From Candidatus Eiseniibacteriota bacterium (GTDB lineage: Bacteria > Eisenbacteria > RBG-16-71-46), in assembly GCA_963717935.1 (NCBI GenBank), contig CAVQXP010000005.1, forward strand, positions 1 to 50,661: DNA of 50,661 nucleotides. The letters run 5' to 3'. Of the stretch, positions 27,417-37,170 are shown in pieces. A model generated the notes under the pieces. It was not told the DNA's origin. It worked only from the letters and a program-made list of their open reading frames with translations, and made no database searches. Both the position numbers and the translations under genes were made by a program. Each line of letters starts with the position of its first letter. Within the stretch, counting starts at the first letter, position 1.

Positions 27417-28783
27417 TGCCCGGCCACCGCCCCGGTCACTCCCAGGCGCCCGAGGGGCTCCATGAAGACGGCGCGGATCTGCTCCAGGCGCTCGGGGCTG
27501 CGGGCCTCGAAGCGCACCACCAGCACCGGCTGCGTGTTCGAGGCGCGCACCAGGCCCCAGCCGTCGCCGAACTCGACGCGGACGCCGTCGATGTCGATCA
27601 CCCGGTAGCGCCCCGAGAACTCGCGCTTGAGCTCCTCCACCACGGCGAACTTGCGCTCCTCCGGGCAGGCGAGCCGGATCTCCGGCGTGGCGAAGTAGCG
27701 CGGGATCGAATTCACCAGCTCATCGAACGTCTTCCCCGTCGCGGCGACGTAGCGCAGCAGGCGCCCCGCGGCGAAGAGCGCGTCGTCGAAGCCGAAATAG
27801 CCCTCGCTGAAGAACATGTGCCCGGACATCTCGCCGGCCAGGGGCGCACCGGTCTCGTGCAGGCGGCTCTTGAGCAGCGAGTGCCCCGTCTTCCACATCT
27901 CGGGCTTCCCCCCGTGGGCCTCGATGTCCTCCTTCAGGCCCTGGCTGCACTTGACGTCGAAGATGATCCTCGCCCCCGGCACGCGCGTGAGCACGTCGCG
28001 CGCGAGCAGCGCCAGGATCTGATCGCCCCAGACGATGCGCCCGCGCGAGTCCACCGCGCCGATCCGGTCGGCGTCGCCGTCGAAGCCGATGCCGAAGTCC
28101 GCCCCGCGCTTCTGCACCTCGGCCTGCAGGGAGACGAGCAGCGCCGGGACCGTGGGGTCCGGCAGGTGGTTCGGGAAGCTGCCGTCCAGCTCGGCGAAGA
28201 GCGGGAACACGCGGTGCCCCATCCGCTCGAAGGTCTCCGGCACCACCGTCCCGGCGCAGCCGTTGCCGCAGTCCATCACGACCGTGAGGCCCTTCGGGCT
28301 CTGCAGCCGCTCGACCAGCATGGCGCGATACTCGTCCAGCACCGGCCGGTCGGCAGCGGAACCGGCTCCGCTCTCGAGGTCCCCGCGCTCGATCAGGGCG
28401 CGCATCTCCTGGATCTCGGCCCCGTAGAGCGGGAGCTTGCCCTTGGTCATCTTGAAGCCGTTGAACTCGGGGGGGTTGTGGCTGCCGGTGATCTGCATGC
28501 CCCCGTCCAGCGAGCGGGACGCCACCGCGTAGTAGAGCGCGGGCGTGGGCACCACGCCGACCCGTTCGACCTCGAGCCCGCTCGCGACCATGCCCCGCTC
28601 GGCACGGGCGGCCAGCCGCACGCTGCTCGGCCGCACGTCCCGGCCCAGAGCGACGCGCCTGCCTCCCGCGCGACGGGTCAGCGTGCCGAAGGCGCGGCCG
28701 ACCGCCTCGGCGGCTTCATCGGTGAGCTCGGTCTCGTGCAACCCGCGGATGTCGTACTCGCGGAAGATGTACGCCGGGATCAT
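27413..28783 (-). CDS. Phosphomannomutase/phosphoglucomutase (AlgC-like)
   Basis: IFREYDIRG, ITGSHNP, FDGDADR, GEMSGH, RASNTQP. Confidence 0.95.
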   Translation of the reverse strand: MIPAYIFREYDIRGLHETELTDEAAEAVGRAFGTLTRRAGGRRVALGRDVRPSSVRLAARAERGMVASGLEVERVGVVPTPALYYAVASRSLDGGMQITGSHNPPEFNGFKMTKGKLPLYGAEIQEMRALIERGDLESGAGSAADRPVLDEYRAMLVERLQSPKGLTVVMDCGNGCAGTVVPETFERMGHRVFPLFAELDGSFPNHLPDPTVPALLVSLQAEVQKRGADFGIGFDGDADRIGAVDSRGRIVWGDQILALLARDVLTRVPGARIIFDVKCSQGLKEDIEAHGGKPEMWKTGHSLLKSRLHETGAPLAGEMSGHMFFSEGYFGFDDALFAAGRLLRYVAATGKTFDELVNSIPRYFATPEIRLACPEERKFAVVEELKREFSGRYRVIDIDGVRVEFGDGWGLVRASNTQPVLVVRFEARSPERLEQIRAVFMEPLGRLGVTGAVAGH

Positions 28784-29882
28784 CTAGGAGTCCTTCCTCT
28801 TGAGATAGGCGTCGATGAAGGGGTCCAGCTCGCCGTCGAGCACCGCGTGCACGTCCCCCATCTTCAACTCGGTGCGGTGGTCGTTCACCATGGTGTAGGG
28901 CTGCAGCACGTAGGAGCGGATCTGGCTCCCGAAATCGATCTCCTTCTTGCCCGCGGAGAGCGACGCGGTCTTCAGGCGCTCCTGCTCCCGGTAGTGCACG
29001 AAGAGCCGCGAGCGCAGCATGCGCATCGCGAACTCGCGGTTGCGGTGCTGGCTGCGCTCGGCCTGCGACTGCGTCACGACCCCCGTGGGCAGGTGGGTGA
29101 TGCGCACCGCCGACTCGGTCTTGTTCACGTGCTGGCCGCCCGCCCCGCTGGCCCGGAAGGTGTCCACCCGCAGGTCGCCGGGCTGGATGTCCACCGTGAT
29201 CGTGTCATCCACCATCGGATAGACGAAGACCGAGGCGAACGACGTGTGGCGCCGCTGCGCCGCGTCGAACGGCGAGATGCGCACCAGCCGGTGCACGCCG
29301 CTCTCGCCCTTGAGGTAGCCGTAGGCGAGCTCTCCGGTGATCTCGACGGTCGCATCCTTCAGCCCGGCCTCGTCCCCGGGCTGCAGGTCGAGGATGCTGG
29401 TCGCGAAGCCGTGCCGCTCGGCCCAGCGCATGTACATGCGGAAGAGCATCTCGGCCCAGTCCTGCGACTCGGTCCCGCCGGCGCCGGGATGGATGGAGAC
29501 CAGCGCGCCCAGGCGGTCGTACTCCCCCGACAGCAGGCTGCGCGTCTGGAGCTCGGCGATGAGCTTCGCCAGCTTGTCGGCCTCGGCATCGACCTCGGCG
29601 AGCAGCGCCGGATCGGTCTCGCCGAGCTCGAGCAGCTCCTCCAGGTGCCTCAGCTCGGCGTCGGGCCTGCTCCAGTCTTCGACCGTGCGCTTGGCCTGCT
29701 TGAGGGCGGCGACGGTCTTCTGCGCGATCTCGGGCCGGTCCCAGAAGCCGGGCTCGGCCATGCGGGCCTCGGACTCGCCCACCTCGCGCGCGCGCGCCTC
29801 GACGTCAAAGATACCTCCGCAGGTCGTGCAGCGTGGCGCGAGCCTGCTGCAGACGGGTGCGCACTTCGGCGACGGTCAACAT
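28784..29882 (-). CDS. prfB: Peptide chain release factor 2 (programmed +1 frameshift at 29804-29810)
   Basis: MLTVAEVR...LRRYL then GGAGG-TAT-CTT-TGA-C slippery site; downstream GAGGTESQDW, SPF, GGQ. Confidence 0.97.
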
Positions 29883-29885
29883 GGC

Positions 29886-30539
29886 TTATCCCCTCTCCGC
29901 GTGGGCGGCGCGCAGCGCGGCGACCGCCGCCCGCGCCACCCGCGCCAGGTCCTCGATGCTCCCTGCGTTGTCGAGCGTCACGTCCGCCGCCGCGCCGAAC
30001 GCCTCGTCGGTCCGTTGCGCCGTGAGCCGGCCTCGCGCCTCCGCCTCCGTCCAGCCGCGGCCGCGCACGAGCCGCCGCACCTGCTCCGCCTGTGGGGCGG
30101 TGACGGCGATCACCGCGTCGCAGCCGCGCTCCAGCCCCCATTCCAGCAGCAGCGCCGCGTCCAGCACGACCAGGCCGCGCGCACCACGCGCGCGCAGCTC
30201 CTTCAGCCGCTCCTCGAGGCGCGCGACGAGCCGCGGGTGGACCAGCCGGTCCAGCCGGGCGCGCGCCGCCGGGTCGCGGAACACGCTCGCCGCGACCCGT
30301 TCGCGGTCGAGCCGGCCGTCCGGCCGGTAGATGTCGTCCCCGTACTCGCGGGCGAGCGCGGCCCGCACCTCGGGATCCTGGTCGGTGACCTCGTGACCCA
30401 CGAGGTCGGCCTCGATCACGGTCGCGCCGTCCGCGGCCAGGGCGTTCGCCACCGCGCTCTTGCCGCTTCCCGCACGGCCGACGAGCCCGACGATGAACAG
30501 CCCGTCGCCCACGGGCACGCGGCGAACCCTAGTGGACAT
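29886..30539 (-). CDS. coaE: Dephospho-CoA kinase
   Basis: IVGLVGRAGSGKS, LDR..VA..VF.D, LVHP, DAALLLE. Confidence 0.9.
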   Translation of the reverse strand: MSTRVRRVPVGDGLFIVGLVGRAGSGKSAVANALAADGATVIEADLVGHEVTDQDPEVRAALAREYGDDIYRPDGRLDRERVAASVFRDPAARARLDRLVHPRLVARLEERLKELRARGARGLVVLDAALLLEWGLERGCDAVIAVTAPQAEQVRRLVRGRGWTEAEARGRLTAQRTDEAFGAAADVTLDNAGSIEDLARVARAAVAALRAAHAERG

Positions 30540-33403
30540 CGAACCAGGTCGGGCCAACGCCCACCGAGACCTCCAGCGGCACCCGGAGCGGGAAGCAACC
30601 CTGCATCTCGGCGCGGGTCAGCGCCGCGACCGACTCGGCGTCCGCGGCCGGGCACTCGAGCAGGAGTTCATCGTGCACTTGCAGCAGCAATCTAGCCGAG
30701 GGCCTCTGGCGCTTCAAGGCGGCGCACACCCGGATCATCGCGAGCTTCATCAGGTCGGCCGCCGAGCCCTGGATGGGCGTGTTGATCGCGGCGCGCTCCG
30801 CCAGCGAGCGCTGCCCGCCGTTGGGGCTGTCGAGGTCGGGCAGGTAGCGCCGCCGGCCCAGCAGCGTCTGCACCCAGCCACGCGCGCGCGCCTGCTCGAC
30901 CGTGCCGTCGAGGAACTCGCGCACGCGCGCGTAGACCCCGAAATAGTCGCGGATGAAGTCCTCGGCCTCGGCCAGCCCGATGCCCATCTGCCGGGCCAGG
31001 CTGCGCGCCCCCATGCCGTACATGACGCCGAAGTTCACGATCTTGGCCCGGGCCCGCAGCGCCGGGTCCAGCTCGCCCTCCGGCACGCCGAAGATGCGTC
31101 GCGCCGTGCTGGCGTGCACGTCCGCCCCGCTCTGGAACGCCTCGATCAGCGCCGGGTCCTCCGAGAGATGCGCCATCACGCGCAGCTCGATCTGCGAATA
31201 ATCGGCGCCCACCAGCAGAGCGCCCGCGGGCGCGACGAAGGCCCGCCGGATGGCGCGGCCCTGCGGCGTGCGGAAGGGGATGTTCTGCAGGTTGGGGTCG
31301 CTCGAGGAGAGCCGCCCCGTGGCCGCCACCGCCTGGTGGAACGTGGTGTGCACGCGGCCGTCGGGCCGCTGGGCACCCGGCGCCGCCGGGTCGGCCGGTG
31401 CCCGGTCCACCACCATGGGCAGCGCGTCGAGGTAGGTGGACTTGAGCTTGGTGAGCGCCCGGTATTCGAGCAGGAGCTTCGGGAACGGGTGCTCCGCGGC
31501 CAGTTCCTCGAGCACGCCCTGGTCGGTCGAGAAGCCGGTCTTCGTGCGCCGGCCGGCTTTCAGCTTGAGCTTCTCGAACAGCACGCGCGCGACCTGCGGT
31601 CCGCTGTTGAGGTTGATGCGTTCGTCGGCCAGCACGTAGAGCGCCGCTTCGAGCCGGGCGATGTCCTCGGCGGCGCGGCCCGACATCTCGGCCAGCACCC
31701 CGCGGTCGAGCGCGATCCCCGAGCGCTCCATCTCGAGGAGCACCGGGATGAGCGGGTGCTCGATCCGGGTGTAGAGCTCCCACTGCTCGCGCGACTCGAG
31801 TTGGGCGCGGAGCGCCGCTTCCAGCCTCCAGAGCGCCGCAGCCGCCGGTGCCGCGCCGGCCCGCACGGCCGCCGGCGCGAGCGCCTGGGGCGCCGGCCGT
31901 GGCCGGCCCCGCGCCGCCAGGCGGATCGAACTCGGGCAGGCGCTCGCCGAGGAAGTCGCGCGCCAGCGCCGCCAGCGAGTGGTCGCGCTCCGGATCGCAG
32001 AGGAACGAACCGATGTGGACGTCGAAGGCCAGCCCGCCGAGCCCGAGCCCGGCGCCTTCGAGCAGGTGGCAGTCGGCCTTGAGGTCGTGGCCCACCTTCG
32101 GGACCGTCGGGTCGGCGAGCGCCGGCGCCAGCCACTCGCGCACCTTCGCGAGCGGCAGGTTGGGGCCCGAGTCGTGGGCCAGCGGGACGTAGCAGGCGGT
32201 CCCGTCGCGCGCCGCGAGCGCCAGCCCCACCAGCCGCGCGGTCCGCGGCTCCGCGCCGTCCGCGAACGGCAGCAGCGCCAGGCCGTGCAGCGAGCGGGCC
32301 CGCACCTCGTGCAACTCCCGCGTCCAGGCCTCGAGCAGCGCCACCTCGCCCCCCGCTTCGACGTCCTCGCCCGAGCCCCAGAGATCGAGCGTGGCCTGCC
32401 CGCCCGCGGACGGCGCGGCGGCCGGGGGCACCCGTGGCGGCGCGAGCGTGACACCCTCGGCCGGCGTCTCGCTCACCGTGCCCCGCCGCTCGGGCGGCCG
32501 CGCCGGCGCGAGCGCGCCCGCGTCGGCATCCGCCACGCCCAGGCTCTGCGCCACCGCCTCGAGCCGGCGGACCTCGTAGCGCTTCGCGAACTCGAGCAGC
32601 GCGTCACGCCGCACCGGGCCGCAGCGCAGGTCCTCCCAGGAGTACGGCAGGTCGAGGTCGGCGCGCACCGTCGCCAGCTCGCGCGACAGGAAGGCCAGCT
32701 CGCGGTTCGCCTCCAGCTTCGCCTTGAGCGCGGGCTTCTTCACTTCGGCCAGCCGCGCGTACAGCGCGTCGAGCGAGCCGAACCGGCGCATCAGCTCCTT
32801 CGCGGTCTTCTCCCCCACGCCCGGCACGCCCGGGATGTTGTCGCTCGCATCGCCCATCAGCGCGAGCATGTCGCGGATGTGCTCGGGCCCCACCTCCCAC
32901 TTGGCGCGCACCGCGTCGGCATCCACCCACTCGTAGGCCTCGCGCGCCTGCGGCACCAGCACGCGCACCGGCCCGCCCACGACCTGGAGCATGTCCTTGT
33001 CGCCGGTGACGAGCACGACCTCGAGCCCGTCGCGCGCGCCGCGCGCGGCCAGCGTGGCCATGACGTCGTCGGCCTCCATGCCCGGGATCTCGATCACGGG
33101 CAGTCCCAGCGCCTGCGCCAGCGTCTCGATCGGATCGAGCTGGGCGAGCAGGTCCTCGGGCGTGGGCTTGCGCTGCGCCTTGTAGGCGGGGAACCGCTCG
33201 TGACGCCAGGTCGGCCCCGGCCCGTCCCAGGCCAGCGCCCAGTGGTCGGGCTTCTCCTCGCGCCGGATCTTCAGCACGGTGTTGGCGAAGCCGAAGATGG
33301 CGGAGGTGTTCTCGTTCCTCGAGTTGACGAGCGGCCGCGAGATGAACGCGTAGTAGGCCCGGTACGCGAGCCCCATCGCGTCGAGGACGAAGAGACGGGC
33401 CAC
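30529..33403 (-). CDS. polA: DNA polymerase I (frameshift ~31920)
   Basis: 5'-3' exonuclease LDAMGLAYRAYYA...EADDV...GDASDNIPGVPGVGEKTA; polymerase TGRLSSSDPNLQNIP, ADYSQIELR, RAKIVNFGVMYG, LQVHDEL, split over two ORFs. Confidence 0.95.
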
Positions 33404-33405
33404 GG

Positions 33406-33555
33406 TCAGGCCGCCTTCGCGCCCTCGAGCAGCCGCTCGAGGAGCCCGTCGAGGGAGGACCGCGCGAACGACGGGTCGTCGGTCACGCGCCGGCAGAGCT
33501 CGCGGTGGGTCTCGGCAACGCCCCGGAGAAACGCGACGATCTCGCTGTGGTTCAT
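33406..33555 (-). CDS. Small hypothetical protein (49 aa)
   Basis: MNHSEIVAFLRGVAETHRELCRRVTDDPSFARSSLDGLLERLLEGAKAA; GGGGG RBS; stop 2 nt before polA start; TATAGT -10 at ~33607-33612. Confidence 0.55.
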   Translation of the reverse strand: MNHSEIVAFLRGVAETHRELCRRVTDDPSFARSSLDGLLERLLEGAKAA

Positions 33556-33632
33556 GCGGAGTCCCCCGGCACAGGGCCAGACCCGTGAGCGGCCATCCGG
33601 CGTGCGACTATACGCGCGGGCGGCAGGTGCTT

Positions 33633-34247
33633 CTAGCGGGCGCCCCCGCGGTACAGACCGTGCCGGGCGACGTAGGCGGCGACCGCGTCGGGCACGAGGT
33701 AGCGCAGCGAGCGTCCGGCGCGAGCGCGGCCCCGCAGGGCGCTCGAGGAGATGCCCACGAGCGGGTTGTCGAGCAGGACGACGCGGCCGCGGGCGCGGGC
33801 CGGGGCGAGCGGGCGCCCGGTGCCCCGCGCGGGTCCCGCCGGGCCGGGGCGAGCGGCCACGACCAGCGTGGCAAGCCGGATGATCTCCCCGGGCTCGTGC
33901 CAGATGGGGAAGTCCGCGAGGCTGTCCGCCCCCATCAGCAGGTAGAAGCGCGCGCCCGGCTGGCGGGCATGGAAGTGCCGCAGCGTGTCCACGGTGAACG
34001 AGGGGCCCGCGCGACGCGCCTCGAGATCGGAGACCGTGAAGGCCGGGTTGCCCCGCACCGCGAGCCGCGTCATGGCGAGCCGGAGCGCGGCGTCCGTGAG
34101 CCGGCGGCCGCGCTTGTGGGGCGGCGTGCCGGCGGGCACGAACACGACGCGGTCGAGCCGCAGCCGCACCCGCGCCCATTCGGCCAGCACGAGATGGCCG
34201 AGGTGGGGCGGGTCGAACGTCCCGCCAAAGAGGCCGATACGGCGCAT
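33633..34247 (-). CDS. nadD: Nicotinate-nucleotide adenylyltransferase
   Basis: GLFGGTFDPPHLGH, PPHK, SFTVDTL, GADS, ISSS. Confidence 0.95.
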   Translation of the reverse strand: MRRIGLFGGTFDPPHLGHLVLAEWARVRLRLDRVVFVPAGTPPHKRGRRLTDAALRLAMTRLAVRGNPAFTVSDLEARRAGPSFTVDTLRHFHARQPGARFYLLMGADSLADFPIWHEPGEIIRLATLVVAARPGPAGPARGTGRPLAPARARGRVVLLDNPLVGISSSALRGRARAGRSLRYLVPDAVAAYVARHGLYRGGAR

Positions 34248-34250
34248 GCG

Positions 34251-35048
34251 CTACTTCTTCTTCGGCGCGTGCCGCTCGAGGCGCGCGAGTTCCTTTGCGG
34301 CGCGCTGGGCCACGGTCCGGCCGGCGAAGCGCGACTCGAGGTCACGCAACGCGGCCAGGGCCTCTTCGCGCTTGCCATCCTGCGCGTCGGCCAGGGCGAG
34401 GCCCAGACTCGCGTTCGCCGCGAACGCGGTATCAGGGTACTCGTCGAGCACGCGCTGGAAGTAGATGCGGGCCGGCCCCGTGCGACGGAGCTTGAGGTAG
34501 AGGTTGCCCGCCCGGTCGAGCTTGTCCGCCAGCCGCTCGCGCGCCAGCTGGCGCCGCGTCTCGGCCTCGGGGTTCTGCCAGTGCCCCGGGTACGCGCGCA
34601 GGTAGCTCTCCCACTGTTCGAGGGCCTTCTGCGTGTATTCCTGGTCGAAGGCGGGGCCGCGGGACTGTCCCCAGAGCGCTTCGCCCAAGCGGAACGAGGC
34701 GGCGGCCGCGGAATCGCTCTCGGGGTAGTCGCGCAGGAGCCGCTCGAACTGGCTCTGGGCCTCGCCCCACTCCTTGATGCGCAGGTAGGACTCGCCCAGC
34801 AGCTCGATGGCCTGGTCCACGTCCCCGCCGCCCGCGTTGTTGGCCACGTAGCTCTTCAACAGCTCGAGCGCGACGTTGTACTCGTGCCGCTCGAGCGCGC
34901 GGCGCCCCTTGGCCAGGCGCTCCGGCTCGGAATGGACCGCGGGGACCGTGCTCGCCCCGCAGCCGGCGAGGAGCCCGGCGAGCACGCCGAGGGCGAGGGG
35001 AAGCAGCAGCCGGCGCGCCCGGCGAAGCTCCGTCAGGGCGGGCCTCAC
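34251..35048 (-). CDS. bamD: Outer membrane protein assembly factor BamD (TPR lipoprotein)
   Basis: LAGC lipobox; DQEYTQKA...YP...LADK...LY.K...A..YF..V..YPDT; bamD-nadD order. Confidence 0.8.
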   Translation of the reverse strand: MRPALTELRRARRLLLPLALGVLAGLLAGCGASTVPAVHSEPERLAKGRRALERHEYNVALELLKSYVANNAGGGDVDQAIELLGESYLRIKEWGEAQSQFERLLRDYPESDSAAAASFRLGEALWGQSRGPAFDQEYTQKALEQWESYLRAYPGHWQNPEAETRRQLARERLADKLDRAGNLYLKLRRTGPARIYFQRVLDEYPDTAFAANASLGLALADAQDGKREEALAALRDLESRFAGRTVAQRAAKELARLERHAPKKK

Positions 35049-35794
35049 GGGCGGTTCTGGAAGAAGAGCGCCACCAGCCCGGCGACGACGGCGACCACGA
35101 CCACGGGCTCGAAGACCTTGCCCACGTTCCGCGTGGGCACCGTGCCCTTCAAGTCGCCGTACCGGTCATCCTCGACCAGGTTGACCCGGTCACTCGGGAA
35201 GGCGTCCAACAGGTTGTAGGAGACGCCGGACGACCACAGCACGTTGGCGCTGCGCGGATCGCGCAGGGTGAGCGCTCCCTCGACCAGGGCCTGGCGCTCG
35301 ATCTTCACGCGCCCCGAGAAGGGCAGCCAGCCCACCAGCCTCAGGTAGGTGACCCGCGCGGTGGCGAGCTGGTACTCGAGCAACGGGTCGCCGGCGGGCG
35401 AGTACGCCGCCAGGCTGTCATCCGGCAGGATGGTGCGCCGCACGGTGGCCGTCGCGCCGCGCCGCGCCAACTCGCGCAGCACCGCCTGCTCGATCACGAA
35501 GTTGAGCGGGTGGCTCGCGGCCGGTGCCAGCACCACGTGGGCGCCGGTGTCGATGGGAGCCGAGCGCAGGCCACGTTCGAAGGCGATGTTGGCGACCAGG
35601 CTCACGACCTGGAGGTTGGTCGCCGGCACGCGCGGCCCGCGGGGGCGCACGATGGGAGTGATCTCGGTGTCGGCGGTCGTGAAGGTCGTGTCGATGCCCG
35701 GCTTGGGCCCGGCTGCGTACGTGAACTTCTTCGCCTCCGCGGGGGAGCCGAACACCAACAGGCCGACCAGGGCGGCTGCAAGTCCTGCACGCAT
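35045..35794 (-). CDS. Hypothetical exported protein with C-terminal hydrophobic tail
   Basis: Signal peptide ending AEA; C-terminal EPVVVVAVVAGLVALFFQNRP; overlaps rimO and bamD. Confidence 0.75.
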   Translation of the reverse strand: MRAGLAAALVGLLVFGSPAEAKKFTYAAGPKPGIDTTFTTADTEITPIVRPRGPRVPATNLQVVSLVANIAFERGLRSAPIDTGAHVVLAPAASHPLNFVIEQAVLRELARRGATATVRRTILPDDSLAAYSPAGDPLLEYQLATARVTYLRLVGWLPFSGRVKIERQALVEGALTLRDPRSANVLWSSGVSYNLLDAFPSDRVNLVEDDRYGDLKGTVPTRNVGKVFEPVVVVAVVAGLVALFFQNRP

Positions 35795-37170
35795 CAGGCG
35801 GTTCCTTTCACCAGTTGTAGGAAGGGTCCAGCGGCCTCGGCCCGCGCGAACAGGTCGTACGCCGCCGCTCCCGTCACGCGGACCTCGACGAGGGCCCCGG
35901 GCACCAGCCCGTCGCCTTCTACCACCACGCCCCCGTCCACTTCAAACGCCGAGCCCGCAGTCCTGGCGGCATACTGATTCCGCCCGGCCGGGCCGTCAAT
36001 CATGACCGTGAGCCTCTCTCCCACCCGGTCGGCGTTCCGGGCCCGGGCCAGCCGCTGCTGGAGCGCGAGCAGGCGCGCCCGCCGGGCCCGTCGCACCGTG
36101 AGCGGCACGCGCGGCGTCATGTCCCAGGCCGCCGTCCCCGGCTCGCGCTCGTAGGGGAAGACCACGAGGTGATCGAAGGGCTCCTCCTCCACGTAACGGC
36201 ACAGCTCCTCGAACTGCTCGTCGGTCTCGCCCGGGAACCCCACGATGAAGGTGGTGCGCAGGCTGACCCCGGGGATGCCCGCCCGGATGCGCCGGACCAG
36301 CGCCCGGGTGGCCGGCCCGGTAATCCCGCGGGCCATGGCCCGCAGCGGGCCCGTGGCGACGTGCTGCAGCGGAAGGTCAACGTAGGGCACGACGCGCGCG
36401 GCCTTCGCCCAGACTTCGATGAGGCGGTCCGTCCAGCGGCGCGGATAGGTGTACTGCACCCGGATCCAGGTGAGGCCCGCGACCTGGTCGAGGGCCTCGA
36501 TCAGGTCGGCGAGCGCGGGCTGGCCGGGCAGGTCGGCGCCATAGGCCGTGGTGTCCTGCCCGATCACGTTCAGTTCGCGCACGCCCCCGGCGGCCAGGCG
36601 CGCGGCCTCGCTCACCAGGTCCTCGACCGTCCGGCTGCGCTGCGGACCGCGCAACTGCGGGATCACGCAGAAGGTGCAGCGCTGGTCGCAGCCCTCGGAG
36701 ATCTTGAGGTAGGCGATGTGCCGCGGCGTCGAGAGCGGGCGCGGCCCGCGCGGCTCGAGCGCGCCGCCGGGATGATCGAGCAGGACCGGGCGGGCGTCCC
36801 CGCCGTCCAGCAGATGGGCCGCCACGCGTGCCACCTCGCTCCACTGCCCCGTGCCCAGCACCGCGTCCACCGCGGGGAAGTCCTCCAGCAGCGCGGCCCC
36901 GGCGCGCTGGGCGAGGCAGCCGGCCACGATGATCCGCCGCAGCCGCCCCTGGCCCTTGCACGCGACGATCTCCTCGATGGCGGCCCTGGACTCGCGCACC
37001 GCGCTCTGCAGGAAGCCGCAGGTGTTGATCACCACGACCTCGGCCTCGGCGGGATCGGCCACGGTGCGGAAGCCGGCCTGCACCAGCAACCCGAGCATGT
37101 GCTCGGAGTCCACCGTGTTCTTGGGGCAACCGAGCGTGACGAAGGCCAGCGTGCGCGGAGCCGTCGTCAC
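35794..37170 (-). CDS. rimO: Ribosomal protein S12 methylthiotransferase
   Basis: TLGCPKNTVDSE, INTCGF, AYLKISEGCDQRCTFCVIP, IVGFPGET, C-terminal TRAM; GTG start overlaps the ftsK stop. Confidence 0.93.
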   Translation of the reverse strand: MTTAPRTLAFVTLGCPKNTVDSEHMLGLLVQAGFRTVADPAEAEVVVINTCGFLQSAVRESRAAIEEIVACKGQGRLRRIIVAGCLAQRAGAALLEDFPAVDAVLGTGQWSEVARVAAHLLDGGDARPVLLDHPGGALEPRGPRPLSTPRHIAYLKISEGCDQRCTFCVIPQLRGPQRSRTVEDLVSEAARLAAGGVRELNVIGQDTTAYGADLPGQPALADLIEALDQVAGLTWIRVQYTYPRRWTDRLIEVWAKAARVVPYVDLPLQHVATGPLRAMARGITGPATRALVRRIRAGIPGVSLRTTFIVGFPGETDEQFEELCRYVEEEPFDHLVVFPYEREPGTAAWDMTPRVPLTVRRARRARLLALQQRLARARNADRVGERLTVMIDGPAGRNQYAARTAGSAFEVDGGVVVEGDGLVPGALVEVRVTGAAAYDLFARAEAAGPFLQLVKGTA

